DNA from: Lachnospiraceae bacterium
GTDB taxonomy: Bacteria > Bacillota > Clostridia > Lachnospirales > Lachnospiraceae
Length of the DNA stretch: 32,000 bases
Reading direction: 5' to 3'
NCBI GenBank assembly: GCA_017483735.1
Contig: JAFUVF010000064.1
Coordinates: forward strand, 45,405-77,404
A program made the translations under genes and the position numbers. The notes below the pieces were generated by a model, which ran no database searches, was not told the DNA's origin, and saw nothing but the letters and a program-made list of their open reading frames with translations. Shown here in pieces: positions 1 through 9,493 of this stretch. Position 1 is the first letter of the stretch; every line of letters begins with the position of its first letter.

Positions 1-1101
1 TTTATGAGGCACGGAGTCATAAATGCCTCCGAGGCATACGGCTCCGCCACCAGCACCGACGGAAATTATGTAGGCGGAATATGTGGAGAGTCATTGTCAA
101 TAATCCTTAAAAGCTACTCGCTCTGCACTCTTTCCGGCTCCGATTATGTGGGCGGTATTGCGGGCTTTGGCACAACCATCAAAAACTGCTGCTCCATGCC
201 CACAGTGCTGTCCCATACTGGAAAATACGGAGCCATAGCCGGACAGATAAAGATAGATACGGACACGGAAAATCCTCATCTCGAGGATGTGACGGACAAT
301 TATTATGTGGGCGAAAATATCTACGGAATAGACACAATAGACTATGCCGGACACTCCTCTAAGCTTACCTACAGCGAGCTTATAGCCATAGAGAATATCC
401 CCGCAGAGTTTTTAAACCTTAAGCTTTCCTTCCTTGTGGATGACAAGTTCTTTGCCGAAAGGGATGTGAAGTACGGGGACAGCTTTGATACCGTGGACTA
501 CCCAAATATCCCCAGAAAGGAGGGCTTCTACGGCATATGGCAGCTTCCGGAATTTGATACCGTCCGGGGAAGTCTCGTGATAAACGCCGAATATATCGAT
601 GATGTGACAGTTCTTACAAGCGCTGACAAGGATGAGACTACCGGAAAGAGTCTCGGGCTCATCGATGGAATATTTGACGGCGATGATGAATTTAAGGTTA
701 CAAGGCTTGATGACAATGATAACATTTACGGCTTTGATAAATCGAAGGAATATGTAATTTATCAGGTAGTTTTTCCAAATGCTGATAACAAATCGTCCTC
801 AGAATATTCCTTCAGGCTCTTAAATCCATACGGAGACAAGGCAGAGGTCTGGAGGCTCTTAAGCGCAGGCGAAATCGGATACGAGTGGGCGTCCGTCCCT
901 TTAGTAGAACGTGGCTCCTACGTACAGCTTATCTCTGAAAGCAAGATCGAAACCGGTATATTCTGTGTATCGAAGAAGAAAAATATGATCCCCTATATAG
1001 CCGGCGGCATAGGAGGAGGATGCATAATTATGATCCTTGCGATGCTGCTGCACAGGAGAAGAAAAAAGCGTAAAGACAAAAAAGAACACTCTTTGGAGTA
1101 A
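1..1101 (+). CDS. C-terminal part of a large cell-surface protein with GLUG-like repeat motifs and a C-terminal membrane anchor; 5' end outside the window
   Basis: The frame is open from base 1, so the ATG at 4 is probably internal. The translation has repeated G-G-I-x-G motifs (GGICGES, GGIAGFG, GAIAGQ). It ends in a hydrophobic helix (IPYIAGGIGGGCIIMILAMLL) followed by a basic tail (HRRRKKRKDKK). Confidence 0.6.
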   Translation, partial: FMRHGVINASEAYGSATSTDGNYVGGICGESLSIILKSYSLCTLSGSDYVGGIAGFGTTIKNCCSMPTVLSHTGKYGAIAGQIKIDTDTENPHLEDVTDNYYVGENIYGIDTIDYAGHSSKLTYSELIAIENIPAEFLNLKLSFLVDDKFFAERDVKYGDSFDTVDYPNIPRKEGFYGIWQLPEFDTVRGSLVINAEYIDDVTVLTSADKDETTGKSLGLIDGIFDGDDEFKVTRLDDNDNIYGFDKSKEYVIYQVVFPNADNKSSSEYSFRLLNPYGDKAEVWRLLSAGEIGYEWASVPLVERGSYVQLISESKIETGIFCVSKKKNMIPYIAGGIGGGCIIMILAMLLHRRRKKRKDKKEHSLE

Positions 1102-1125
1102 ATTCCAAAGAGTGTTCTTTTTTTT
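1081..1125. terminator. Bidirectional rho-independent terminator between convergent genes
   Basis: Perfect 16-bp inverted repeat AAAGAACACTCTTTGG (1081-1096) / CCAAAGAGTGTTCTTT (1105-1120) with an 8-nt loop. A T-run follows on the + strand and an A-run lies on the left flank (a U-run for the minus-strand rpsR transcript). Confidence 0.75.
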
Positions 1126-1137
1126 GCTTATTTGCGA

Positions 1138-1401
1138 TTACTCTGCTATATACGGCATAATAGCCATGTGACGCGCACGCTTTATTGCTACGGTAAGCGC
1201 TCTCTGATGCTTTGCACAGTTCCCTGTGATACGTCTGGGAAGAATCTTTCCTCTCTCGGAAACAAACTTCTTTAACTTTGCGGCATCCTTGTAATCTATC
1301 ACATTGTCCTTGCCACAGAATACGCAGACCTTCTTTCTTCTGCGGATTCCGCCTTTTCTACGCATCGGGCTGTCACTTCTATCTGCTTTATTGAAAGCCA
1401 T
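1138..1401 (-). CDS. rpsR: 30S ribosomal protein S18
   Basis: 87 aa. Characteristic S18 sequence ([10 protein letters not shown]...IDYKD...[18 protein letters not shown]...KHQR). GGAGG lies 7 nt upstream of the ATG. Classic rpsF-ssb-rpsR order. Confidence 0.97.
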   Translation of the reverse strand: MAFNKADRSDSPMRRKGGIRRRKKVCVFCGKDNVIDYKDAAKLKKFVSERGKILPRRITGNCAKHQRALTVAIKRARHMAIMPYIAE

Positions 1402-1427
1402 GTCAGTACCTCCTATTTTGGTAAAGT

Positions 1428-1880
1428 CTAATTAAACGGTAATTCCTCGTCCATTCCGTCGGGAATATTCATAAATCCGTCCCCTGCTCCGGACGCCTCG
1501 CCTCCGTTGCTCGCAGGTGCGCTGTAATTTCCTGAACCCGAAGATGCATTCTTGCTCTCCGCAAATTCCTGCTCTTCAGCCACTACCTCGGTGGTGTAAA
1601 CCTTTACACCCTCCTTGTTGGTGTAGCTTCCGGTCTGAATCCTTCCTGATACGACGAGCTTGGTTCCCTTGTGGAAATATTTCTCGGCAAATTCTCCTGC
1701 CTTTCCGAAGGCTACGCAGCTAATGAAATCCGCATTCTGCTCTCCGTCTCCTCCGCCTGCTCTCTGGTATCTTCTGTCTACCGCCAGAGTATATCTTGCT
1801 ATTGCAAGAGGATTCTCAGCCTGTGAATATCTTACCTCGGGGTCACGGGTCAGTCGACCCATAAGAATTACTTTATTCAT
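1428..1880 (-). CDS. ssb: Single-stranded DNA-binding protein
   Basis: OB-fold N-terminus [18 protein letters not shown], a Gly/Ser-rich linker and an acidic tail DEELPF. The start is placed at the internal ATG at 1878-1880, because the longer ORF (to 1994) would overlap rpsF. Confidence 0.95.
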   Translation of the reverse strand: MNKVILMGRLTRDPEVRYSQAENPLAIARYTLAVDRRYQRAGGGDGEQNADFISCVAFGKAGEFAEKYFHKGTKLVVSGRIQTGSYTNKEGVKVYTTEVVAEEQEFAESKNASSGSGNYSAPASNGGEASGAGDGFMNIPDGMDEELPFN

Positions 1881-1896
1881 AGTTTTCTCTCTTTCT

Positions 1897-2187
1897 TTAT
1901 GCCTCGTCCTGTCTAACGCATAAATACCTGAGAACATTGTCCATAATTCGCATACGGCTCTCGATCTCAGCAGGGGCTGTGGGCTCTGCTTCAAACTTGA
2001 TGAAGTAATAGAAGCCCTCGCTCATCTTCTGGATTTCGTAGGCAAGCTTCTTCTTGCCCCACTCTTCCACCTCTGCGATGTTGCCGCCAAATCTCTCTAC
2101 GAGAGCCTTGCACTTATCGACTACTGCTGTTCTGGCATCGTCTTCAATGCTTGCATTGACAACAACGGCTAATTCGTATTTGCTCAT
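1897..2187 (-). CDS. rpsF: 30S ribosomal protein S6
   Basis: 96 aa with a typical S6 sequence (MSKYELAVVV...WGKKKLAYEI...GFYYFIKFEA). AGGAGG RBS upstream. Confidence 0.97.
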   Translation of the reverse strand: MSKYELAVVVNASIEDDARTAVVDKCKALVERFGGNIAEVEEWGKKKLAYEIQKMSEGFYYFIKFEAEPTAPAEIESRMRIMDNVLRYLCVRQDEA

Positions 2188-2213
2188 TATTCTACCTCCT
2201 TTTGGTCTCCGGC

Positions 2214-2230
2214 TTACCCTTTAAGGGTAA
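2214..2230 (-). promoter_or_regulatory. Hairpin in the rpsF 5' UTR (candidate S6:S18 autoregulatory leader)
   Basis: Perfect palindrome TTACCCT-TTA-AGGGTAA about 25 nt upstream of the rpsF start, followed by GCCGGAGACC and the SD. A conserved rpsF-leader RNA is known in Firmicutes. The assignment rests on position only. Confidence 0.35.
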
Positions 2231-2256
2231 ACAAGGATGTCATATCGCAAGTACAA

Positions 2257-2285
2257 ATATTATCATATATTTTTCCAAAAAGCAA
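2257..2285 (-). promoter_or_regulatory. Sigma-A type promoter of rpsF-ssb-rpsR
   Basis: Minus strand reads TTGCTT, 17 nt, TGaTAATAT (extended -10). It lies about 70 nt upstream of the rpsF ATG. Confidence 0.5.
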
Positions 2286-2320
2286 GGATTATTTGTTGAA
2301 ATTACGTAAAACGGCGGAGC

Positions 2321-2587
2321 CTACGCCCCGCCGTTCTCATTATCCATGTTTTGTTTATCCTTTTTGTCTCCGAATTTCCACCTATACAATCCTATTGCGG
2401 ATGTTACTATGAGAAGTATTCCAGCCGCCGCAAAGATTATCATAACCGCAATAAGCAGAAATCTCTTTGTGCCCTCCATAAGGAGCATATCATCAAATAC
2501 GGAGTAATCCGCATACAAAAGATATAGTCCCACCAAAAGTCTTGTAAGCATTGCCACATGGGGAGGGATATTCAGCCTGCCGCCCAT
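2321..2587 (-). CDS. Small hypothetical membrane protein
   Basis: 88 aa with two predicted hydrophobic helices (LLVGLYLLY...; FLLIAVMIIFAAAGILLIVTSAIGL). Sits directly downstream of the ABC permease. No recognisable family and no clear SD. Confidence 0.4.
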   Translation of the reverse strand: MGGRLNIPPHVAMLTRLLVGLYLLYADYSVFDDMLLMEGTKRFLLIAVMIIFAAAGILLIVTSAIGLYRWKFGDKKDKQNMDNENGGA

Positions 2588-2592
2588 TTATA

Positions 2593-3762
2593 TTATGACT
2601 TCTTTCTCTTGGACATAAGGTCTACGGTAACCGCTCCGAGAAGCACGGCGCCCTTTACTATCTTCTGGATATCTGTGGACCATCCGAAGAGTGACATACC
2701 GTTGTTGAGTATACCCATTATGAAGGCTCCCACAACGGCGCCCATTATCGTGCCTGCGCCTCCGGCAACTGCTGCACCGCCGAGATAACAGGAAGCGATA
2801 GCGTCCATCTCGAACTGGTCGCCTGCCTTGGGAGTTGCGGAGCCGTTTCTTGCCGCAAGGACTATACCTGCCACGCCTGCCAGCATTCCCATATTAGTGT
2901 ATACCCAGAAGAACACCTTATCCGTGTTGATACCGGAGAGCTGCGCCGCCTTCCTGTTGCCGCCGAGAGCGTATATCTGACGACCTGCGACGGTCTTGCT
3001 GGTTATGAAATAATAAATGCCTACTATTGCGCCCATTATCACAAGCACAAAGGGTATTCCGTTGTATCTTCCGATTTTGTAGAATACAAACCACACAATA
3101 AATATCAGTATTGCGTCCTTTAAGATAACCTGCCATACCGGGTTGAGCGGGAAGCCATACTTCTTCTTTGTCTTAATGCCGTTGAGCTCGCTCATTATTA
3201 TACATACGGAGAAGATTATCGCAACGATTATGCTTACCAGATCAAGCGTGCCGCCTCCGAAGGGAATCTTGATGGTAGGGAGGAAGCCGGCTCCGATAAA
3301 GTTGTAATTTGAAGGAAGAGGCCCCTTGGTCTGCGCCTTCAGAAGGGTATATGTCGCACCTCGCCCCATAAGCATTGTCGCCAGAGTTACAATAAAGGGG
3401 GGTACATGCATTACGGCTATAAAGAAGCCTGCAAACATACCGCAGAGAATACCGATTATAAGAGATGCTATAATGGCAACCCACATATTCATCTTCATAT
3501 CCACCATCATTATACCCGCAACTGCGCCTGTAAGTGCAACTACAGAGCCTACGCCGAGGTCTACGTTTCCGGTCAGAACGCAGAGGAGCATTCCCACCGC
3601 AAGTATTACCACATATCCGTTCTGCATTATCAGGTTGTTGATATTTGCATAGGACATATTCTTTCCGCCGGTCATTACCGCAAATATGAGGTAAACCGCA
3701 ATCAGCACCAGAAACATTCCGTACTGCTTCATATCCATATTGACTGTTTTCTTATTTTCCAT
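2593..3762 (-). CDS. Monosaccharide ABC transporter permease (CUT2 family, XylH/GguB/MglC-like)
   Basis: 389 aa and polytopic. Sequence is typical of ribose/xylose-type permeases (NINNLIMQNGYVVILAVGM..., GRQIYALGGNRKAAQLSGINT). Located 2 nt after the ATPase stop. Confidence 0.9.
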   Translation of the reverse strand: MENKKTVNMDMKQYGMFLVLIAVYLIFAVMTGGKNMSYANINNLIMQNGYVVILAVGMLLCVLTGNVDLGVGSVVALTGAVAGIMMVDMKMNMWVAIIASLIIGILCGMFAGFFIAVMHVPPFIVTLATMLMGRGATYTLLKAQTKGPLPSNYNFIGAGFLPTIKIPFGGGTLDLVSIIVAIIFSVCIIMSELNGIKTKKKYGFPLNPVWQVILKDAILIFIVWFVFYKIGRYNGIPFVLVIMGAIVGIYYFITSKTVAGRQIYALGGNRKAAQLSGINTDKVFFWVYTNMGMLAGVAGIVLAARNGSATPKAGDQFEMDAIASCYLGGAAVAGGAGTIMGAVVGAFIMGILNNGMSLFGWSTDIQKIVKGAVLLGAVTVDLMSKRKKS

Positions 3763-3764
3763 CG

Positions 3765-5315
3765 TTATTCACCCTTTCTGTTGTGTGCCATGATACACTG
3801 CATTATCTTTTCCTGTGAGACATCTTCTTTGCCCAGCTCTCCTGCGATTTCGCCTTCGTTTATGACGTAAACTCTGTCGCAGGTTCCGATTATCTCCTGC
3901 ATCTCGGAGGAGATAACCACAACTGCCTTTCCTGCCTTCGCAAGGTCATTTATTACACAGTATATTTCGTATTTCGCACCGACATCAATACCTCTGGTGG
4001 GCTCGTCCAGTATCAGCACATCCGGCTGGGTAAGCATCCACTTAGCCAATACGACCTTCTGCTGGTTTCCTCCGGAGAGAGAACCCACAGTCTGCTCGAT
4101 GGAATTGGATTTGACATTGATACGCTTTTTATATTCCTCGGAGGATACAATCTCCTCGTTGGAATCCACAACACCGTTCTTTGAGAAAAAGTTTCTTAAG
4201 GCTGCCATGGTCATATTGCGCTTGATACTGTCGATAAGCACAAGACCATAGGTCTTTCTGTCCTCCGACACATATGCGAGCTTGTTGTCTATCGCATCCT
4301 TTACGGAATTGAGATGAACCTCTTTACCGTTAATCTTTACAGTACCGGATATCTTCTGACCGTAGCTTTTGCCGAATACGCTCATCGCAAACTCGGTTCT
4401 GCCTGCACCCATAAGTCCGGCAAGACCTACAACCTCTCCTGCCTTTACCTTGATGTTTACATCCTTTATCATCTGTCTCTCGGCATCGTCCGGATGATAT
4501 ACATTCCAATTGTCAACCTCGAATATTACATCTCCAATCTTTACATCATGCCTCTCGGGATAGCGGTTTGTCAGCTCTCTTCCCACCATTCCCTTTATTA
4601 CACGCTCCTCCGAAAAATCATCCACACCCTTTGTCAGCGTCTCTATGGTATGCCCGTCACGGATTATTGTGAGCGCATCACATACATACTCCAGCTCATT
4701 TAGCTTGTGGGATATGATTATGCTCGTCACTCCCTGCTTTTTGAGCTCTAACATTATATCCAGAAGCTTCCTGCTCTCTTCATCATTAAGTGCCGCCGTA
4801 GGCTCGTCAAGTATGAGCAAGTCAACCTTCTTTGCCATTGCCTTGGCAATCTCTATAAGCTGCTGCTTGCCGACACCGAGACTTCCCACCGGCACGTTTA
4901 CATTCTCATTTTCAAGACCGACCTTAGCCAGCATTTCTGCCGCTTTTCTTCTCGTTTCCGTCCAATCTATAACTCCCTTTACGGAAGTCTGCTCATTTCC
5001 CAAAAATACATTTTCTGCCACAGAAAGCAGAGGACTTAACGCAAGCTCCTGATGTATAATAACTATACCCTTCGCTTCGCTGTCCTTTATATTGTTGAAT
5101 TTACATATTTCCCCATTATACACAACATCGCCGGAATATGTTCCATGGCCGTACACACCCGATAATATATTCATCAGCGTGGACTTGCCAGCGCCGTTCT
5201 CTCCACACAATCCGTGAATTTCTCCCCGCTTGACCTGCAAATTTACATCATCAAGCGCCTTGACGCCGGAGAACTCTTTGACGATATGCTTCATTTCCAA
5301 GATATAGTCCGACAT
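3765..5315 (-). CDS. Sugar ABC transporter ATP-binding protein with duplicated ABC domains
   Basis: 516 aa. Walker [10 protein letters not shown], signature LGVGKQQ and LSGGNQQK, Walker B LLILDEPT and VLILDEPT. This is the fused two-domain ATPase typical of CUT2 systems. Confidence 0.93.
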   Translation of the reverse strand: MSDYILEMKHIVKEFSGVKALDDVNLQVKRGEIHGLCGENGAGKSTLMNILSGVYGHGTYSGDVVYNGEICKFNNIKDSEAKGIVIIHQELALSPLLSVAENVFLGNEQTSVKGVIDWTETRRKAAEMLAKVGLENENVNVPVGSLGVGKQQLIEIAKAMAKKVDLLILDEPTAALNDEESRKLLDIMLELKKQGVTSIIISHKLNELEYVCDALTIIRDGHTIETLTKGVDDFSEERVIKGMVGRELTNRYPERHDVKIGDVIFEVDNWNVYHPDDAERQMIKDVNIKVKAGEVVGLAGLMGAGRTEFAMSVFGKSYGQKISGTVKINGKEVHLNSVKDAIDNKLAYVSEDRKTYGLVLIDSIKRNMTMAALRNFFSKNGVVDSNEEIVSSEEYKKRINVKSNSIEQTVGSLSGGNQQKVVLAKWMLTQPDVLILDEPTRGIDVGAKYEIYCVINDLAKAGKAVVVISSEMQEIIGTCDRVYVINEGEIAGELGKEDVSQEKIMQCIMAHNRKGE

Positions 5316-5344
5316 TTACGCTACCTTCCTTCTCTTTTTTTAGA

Positions 5345-5376
5345 AATGGCTGCCGCAAATATTTGCAGCAGCCATT
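5345..5376 (-). other. Intercistronic stem-loop between the binding-protein and ATPase genes
   Basis: Inverted repeat AATGGCTGCCGCAAAT / ATTTGCAGCAGCCATT (15 of 16 positions pair, one C.A mismatch, AT-rich apex) 22 nt after the binding-protein stop. No U-tract follows on the minus strand, so it is more likely an mRNA-stabilising or attenuating hairpin than a full terminator. Confidence 0.5.
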
Positions 5377-5397
5377 GTGGTTCAAATTATTGCCGGA

Positions 5398-6573
5398 TTA
5401 GTTAGCAAGCTGCTCCTCAGTGTAGTATCCGCCGTCTACAATGATTGACTTGTAGTTGTCCTTGTCAACCGCTACAGGTGTGCAGAGGTAGGAAGGAACT
5501 ACTATCTTGCCGTTGTTGTACTGCTCTCTGTCGTTGATTTCAGGCTCAGCGCCGTTTACAACCGCCTCAACCATGGTAACGCACTTCTCAGCGAGAAGTC
5601 TGGTATCCTTGTAGATGGACATGGTCTGAGAGCCTGCAATGATGTTCTTGGTAGCCATAAGCTCAGCATCCTGACCGGTAATAAGAGGCCAGTCCTCGCC
5701 AACCTTGTAGCCTGCTCCTTCGAGAGCTGCCTTTGCACCATATGCGAAGCCGTCGAATGCACTTGCAACGATGTCAATCTTCTCATCGGAATAGAATCCG
5801 GTAAGATAGTTTTCCATGTTCTGCTGTGCGGTCTCCTGAGACCATCTTAAGATACATGTATCCTCGAATGAGGTACGTCCTGACTTGCACACAAGAGTGC
5901 CGTCATCAAGATAGGGCTTAAGAACCTCCATAAGTCCGTTGTAGAGCATAAGAGCATTGTTGTCATCGGGTGAACCCATAAGGAACTCGATGTTCATCTT
6001 AAGACCTGCTGCCTTTACTGCGTCAAGTCCCTTGTTGCCGTCCTTGGTAGCATTGTCCTTGATGTACTGTCCGATAGCGGTACCTACGCCCTTGTTATCA
6101 AAGGTTGCATAGTAGGAAACAGCGTCGGTGTCCATAAGAAGTCTGTCGTAAGCGATGATGGGGATTCCGGCTGCCTTTGCCTGATCCTCAACATTTACGA
6201 GTGCGCCTGAGTCGATTGCAGCGATAACTAGACAATTAGCGCCTGCAGCTATCATGTTCTCAATCTGAGAAACCTGAGCCTGCACATCATCCTCTGCGTA
6301 CTGAAGGTCAACGGTATAGCCCTTTGCTTCGAGCTGTGCCTTCATGTTGGCACCATCGTTGATCCATCTCTCAGAAGACTGAGTAGGCATTGCCACTGCA
6401 ACTCTCTTACCTGCGCCGGTGTTCTCGGTGCTGGTAGCGGTGGAACCGCCGTCAGTAGTGGTGGTAGTGGTTGATGCCCCCCCATTTGCGTCGCCGCCGG
6501 TGCTTCCGCAGCCTGCAAGAGCTGCTACTGCCATTGTTGCCGAAAGCAACATTGCGAGTACTTTCTTTTTCAT
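5398..6573 (-). CDS. Sugar ABC transporter substrate-binding lipoprotein (ChvE/XylF-like periplasmic binding fold)
   Basis: Start placed at the ATG at 6571-6573, preceded by GGAGG. Signal peptide with lipobox (MKKKVLAMLLSATMAVAALAGC), a Thr/Gly/Ser-rich linker, then a type I sugar-binding fold (RVAVAMPTQSSERW...). Confidence 0.9.
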   Translation of the reverse strand: MKKKVLAMLLSATMAVAALAGCGSTGGDANGGASTTTTTTDGGSTATSTENTGAGKRVAVAMPTQSSERWINDGANMKAQLEAKGYTVDLQYAEDDVQAQVSQIENMIAAGANCLVIAAIDSGALVNVEDQAKAAGIPIIAYDRLLMDTDAVSYYATFDNKGVGTAIGQYIKDNATKDGNKGLDAVKAAGLKMNIEFLMGSPDDNNALMLYNGLMEVLKPYLDDGTLVCKSGRTSFEDTCILRWSQETAQQNMENYLTGFYSDEKIDIVASAFDGFAYGAKAALEGAGYKVGEDWPLITGQDAELMATKNIIAGSQTMSIYKDTRLLAEKCVTMVEAVVNGAEPEINDREQYNNGKIVVPSYLCTPVAVDKDNYKSIIVDGGYYTEEQLAN

Positions 6574-6642
6574 ATATCTTCCTCCTTTATAAAATAGAAA
6601 ATGTACCCGGGTGTTTGTTATTTTTTTCACACCCTATTGTAA

Positions 6643-6671
6643 ATTTTAACATATTTTAGCCTTCAAGGCAA
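6643..6671 (-). promoter_or_regulatory. Candidate promoter of the sugar ABC operon
   Basis: Minus strand reads TTGCCT, 17 nt, TGtTAAAAT, about 70 nt upstream of the binding-protein ATG. Confidence 0.45.
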
Positions 6672-6740
6672 CCTTTCTTTTGTGTAATTTGTGAAAATTT
6701 TGTGTTTTTTTCTGACAATTTCTGCTGTGGCAATCCCTGT

Positions 6741-7475
6741 CTATTTTACAGCAATCTGCCCCAAAACTTCCCCTATGGGCGCCTGTATGAGAAGGTCAGC
6801 ATGCTTGTCTCTGGGTGTCGGAGCCTTGTTTATGACTACAAGCTTATCACCCTTGAAGTAATCTATAAGCCCTGCCGCCGGATATACCGCAAGACTGGTT
6901 CCTCCGATAATCAGAACCTCTGCGGATGCAATTGCCCGTACTGCGCCGTTGACCGTTTTATCATCAAGCCCCTCCTCGTATAGCACCACATCCGGCTTGA
7001 CATAGCCGCCGCATTTGGAGCATTTCGGGACACCCTCAGAATTTTTGATATAGGCAAAATCAAAGAACTCCCCGCAGCTCTCGCAATAATTCCTCTGAAC
7101 CGAGCCGTGGAGTTCATATACCGTCTTACTTCCCGCAGCCTTATGCAGTCCGTCGATATTCTGGGTCACAACTGCCTTCAGCTTCCCCTTCTCTTCAAGC
7201 TCCGCAAGCTTAAGATGAGCCTTATTGGGCTTTGCTGTGTCTATGAGCATCTTATCCCTGTAGAAGCGGTAAAATTCCTCACGGTTCCTTATATAGAAGG
7301 TGTGACTCAATATTGTCTCCGGAGGATAATCGTATTTTTGATTATACAGTCCGTCCACACTTCTGAAATCCGGAATACCGCTCTCCGTGGAAACTCCGGC
7401 TCCGCCGAAGAATACTATGTTATTGTACTTATCCACAATCTCCTGCAATTCTCTCACTTCGTTCTCGTATGCCAT
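6741..7475 (-). CDS. cobB: NAD-dependent protein deacylase, Sir2 family
   Basis: 244 aa. Motifs GAGVSTESGIPDFRS, QNIDGLH and catalytic ELHG. Zn ribbon CESCG...CSKCGG. GGAGG RBS. Confidence 0.9.
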   Translation of the reverse strand: MAYENEVRELQEIVDKYNNIVFFGGAGVSTESGIPDFRSVDGLYNQKYDYPPETILSHTFYIRNREEFYRFYRDKMLIDTAKPNKAHLKLAELEEKGKLKAVVTQNIDGLHKAAGSKTVYELHGSVQRNYCESCGEFFDFAYIKNSEGVPKCSKCGGYVKPDVVLYEEGLDDKTVNGAVRAIASAEVLIIGGTSLAVYPAAGLIDYFKGDKLVVINKAPTPRDKHADLLIQAPIGEVLGQIAVK

Positions 7476-7502
7476 AATATATCCTCCTTAAACCTTTGGT
7501 TA

Positions 7503-7545
7503 CAAAAAGCGGAGGTACTTTCAATCCTGAAAGCCTCCTCCGCTT
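7503..7545 (-). terminator. Rho-independent terminator downstream of the DHH gene
   Basis: Minus strand reads AAGCGGAGG-aggCTTTCAggatTGAAAGta-CCTCCGCTT followed by TTTTGT. Confidence 0.7.
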
Positions 7546-7562
7546 CTAAATAATTTTTCTTT

Positions 7563-8498
7563 TTAAAGCTCTGCCTTTCCGTTCAGCACATCTATGATAT
7601 GAGGAAGCTCTCCGTCCACCTTGTCATTATCAAGCTGGCAGGTTCCCGCATTTGCGTGACCGCCTCCGCCATAGTGGAGACAAAGCTTGCTTATGTCAAA
7701 CTTGGAATTTTTGTTCACAATGGATTTTCCTATCATAACCGCAGTATTCTGCTTCTGGAAACCCCATGCGACGTGCACCGATATTTCAACCTCCGGATGC
7801 ATAGCATAAATCATAAAGCGGTTCCCGGCATATATGGTTTCCTCGTTGCGCAAATCTACAACCACCACCTTGTCATACACCTTTGCCACCTTCTCAAGCT
7901 GCTCCTTGAAAAGCGCCTGATGCTCAAAGAAAAGGTCAACCCTCTCCTTTACGTCAGGAAGCGCAAGGATGTCCTTGATGGAATGCTCCATACAGTAATC
8001 TATGAGCTCCATCATAAGATCATAGTTGGATATCCTGAATGTATGGAAACGTCCAAGTCCGGTTCTCGCATCCATAAGGAAGTTCAAAAGCACCCAGTCC
8101 TTGGGATCCAAAATCTCATCAATGGTAAAATCTGCGGAATCTCCCTTGTCCACTGCCGTCATTATCTCGGGAGTAACCTTCTTAAAGGTCTTTATCCCCC
8201 CGTAATAATCGTATACAACCCTTGCTGCGGACTTTGCATATCCGTCAATGATGAATTTATCCTTAAGATTTTCCGCATCCACTCTCACAAGCTCGCTCTC
8301 ATGATGGTCAAATGCAAGCCCCACCCTCGGGTCAAAGGGAAGGTTGGTGGTAATGTCATTCTCCGTAAGCTCGATCTTTCCGTCCTGCACATCTTTGGGA
8401 TGAACGAACTTAATGTCATCAATCATGTCGATTTCCTTAAGGATCATCGCACATACAAGTCCGTCAAAATCGCTTCGGGTAACAAGTCTTTTCTTCAT
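7563..8498 (-). CDS. DHH/DHHA1 family phosphoesterase (NrnA/NrnB- or exopolyphosphatase-like)
   Basis: Start placed at the ATG at 8496-8498 with GGAGG upstream. Motifs SDFDG (DxD), FDHHES (DHH) and YGGGGHANAG (DHHA1 GGGH). Confidence 0.75.
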   Translation of the reverse strand: MKKRLVTRSDFDGLVCAMILKEIDMIDDIKFVHPKDVQDGKIELTENDITTNLPFDPRVGLAFDHHESELVRVDAENLKDKFIIDGYAKSAARVVYDYYGGIKTFKKVTPEIMTAVDKGDSADFTIDEILDPKDWVLLNFLMDARTGLGRFHTFRISNYDLMMELIDYCMEHSIKDILALPDVKERVDLFFEHQALFKEQLEKVAKVYDKVVVVDLRNEETIYAGNRFMIYAMHPEVEISVHVAWGFQKQNTAVMIGKSIVNKNSKFDISKLCLHYGGGGHANAGTCQLDNDKVDGELPHIIDVLNGKAEL

Positions 8499-8656
8499 TA
8501 TGAATCCTCCATATCGAAGTAATATACATATTTCAAATGTAAAATTCATATACTATTATATCCGAATTTTATATATCTATCAAGAAATTTCTAAATATTG
8601 CCATAAAGTCAAAAAAATACTACCACAAGGGTCTGCGCTTATGCTATATTAGTGCT

Positions 8657-9493
8657 ATGAAAAAGAAGGAAGAGCTCATTCCGCCGGGAAAGGGCAAAAA
8701 AACAATATATCTTGACAGACGGACTTACGAAGGAGAAAAAAGAATTTTTCCGGCTGTCGTTTTTTTCACGGTCGCCGTTCTGTCCGTTTTTTACTGCATC
8801 GGCATTGCTTTGATGGCAAATTTCGGCACCTATTTTTTTCTTATCTGGGGAGTTATCGCAGTAATCTCCGCACTCCTTGGGCTGCTTATGCTAAGCCCGC
8901 ACACCTTAAACAGGATCCCCGATTTCCTCAAATATTTCATTGTCGGAGTTTTTTGTATCTGCTTTGCGGTGTTTGCGGTTACGGAGCTTACAATAATAAG
9001 CCATTTTAATGATACTCCCTTCGACGGAGCGGATTATGTTATTGTTCTCGGGGCGCAGATGAGAGAAAACGGACCGTCCCGCATACTGCAATACCGTCTT
9101 GATGCTGCAATTACCTATCTCGAAAAAAATCCCCGCAGCCTTGTGATTGCATCCGGAGGACAGGGCTACAACGAATCTGTCACGGAGTCGGAGGGAATGA
9201 AGGAGTACCTTTTGTCCAGGGGTATCTCAGAGGACAGAATACTTCTCGAAGATAAATCCACAAACACTTACGAAAATCTCAAAAACAGCGCAGAGCTTTT
9301 TGATATGCAAAAAGACCGCATCGTAATCGTCACAAACAATTTCCATGTATTCCGTGCCTGTGCCATTGCAAAGAAAATGGGATATGAAAGAGCCTACGGA
9401 CTCGCCGCAGGCTCTTATGCTCCGCTTGTCCCCAACAATCTCCTCCGTGAATTTCTCGGAGTGATGAAGGATCTTTTCTACGGAAATATTTAG
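8657..9493 (+). CDS. YdcF/SanA-like DUF218 membrane protein
   Basis: 278 aa. N-terminal TM helices, then a DUF218 core (VIVLGAQMRENGPS...LDAAITYL...ASGGQG...SEGMKEYL...ILLEDKSTNTYENL). No obvious SD. Confidence 0.8.
   Translation: MKKKEELIPPGKGKKTIYLDRRTYEGEKRIFPAVVFFTVAVLSVFYCIGIALMANFGTYFFLIWGVIAVISALLGLLMLSPHTLNRIPDFLKYFIVGVFCICFAVFAVTELTIISHFNDTPFDGADYVIVLGAQMRENGPSRILQYRLDAAITYLEKNPRSLVIASGGQGYNESVTESEGMKEYLLSRGISEDRILLEDKSTNTYENLKNSAELFDMQKDRIVIVTNNFHVFRACAIAKKMGYERAYGLAAGSYAPLVPNNLLREFLGVMKDLFYGNI

Noticed and set aside
1881-1994. N-terminal extension of the ssb ORF (188-aa version), and similar long upstream extensions at 6574-6630, 8499-8549, 26650-26709 and 28239-28268.
   Set aside because: The extensions overlap upstream genes or lack an SD, whereas the internal ATGs have an SD, a signal peptide or homologous N-termini. 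The shorter starts were adopted.
6741-8498. SIR2-domain protein next to a DHH phosphoesterase as a possible anti-phage defence pair (Thoeris/DSR-like).
   Set aside because: The SIR2 protein is a compact 244-aa canonical sirtuin with a Zn ribbon and catalytic His (CobB type). It has no effector or sensor fusion. A terminator separates it from the DHH gene, and both have host-like GC content.
7599-8522. A 307-aa ORF on the + strand covering almost the entire DHH phosphoesterase gene in antisense.
   Set aside because: Its translation is low-complexity and motif-free, with no SD or promoter. The minus-strand frame has clear DHH, DxD and GGGH motifs. Long open antisense frames are a common by-product of codon bias.
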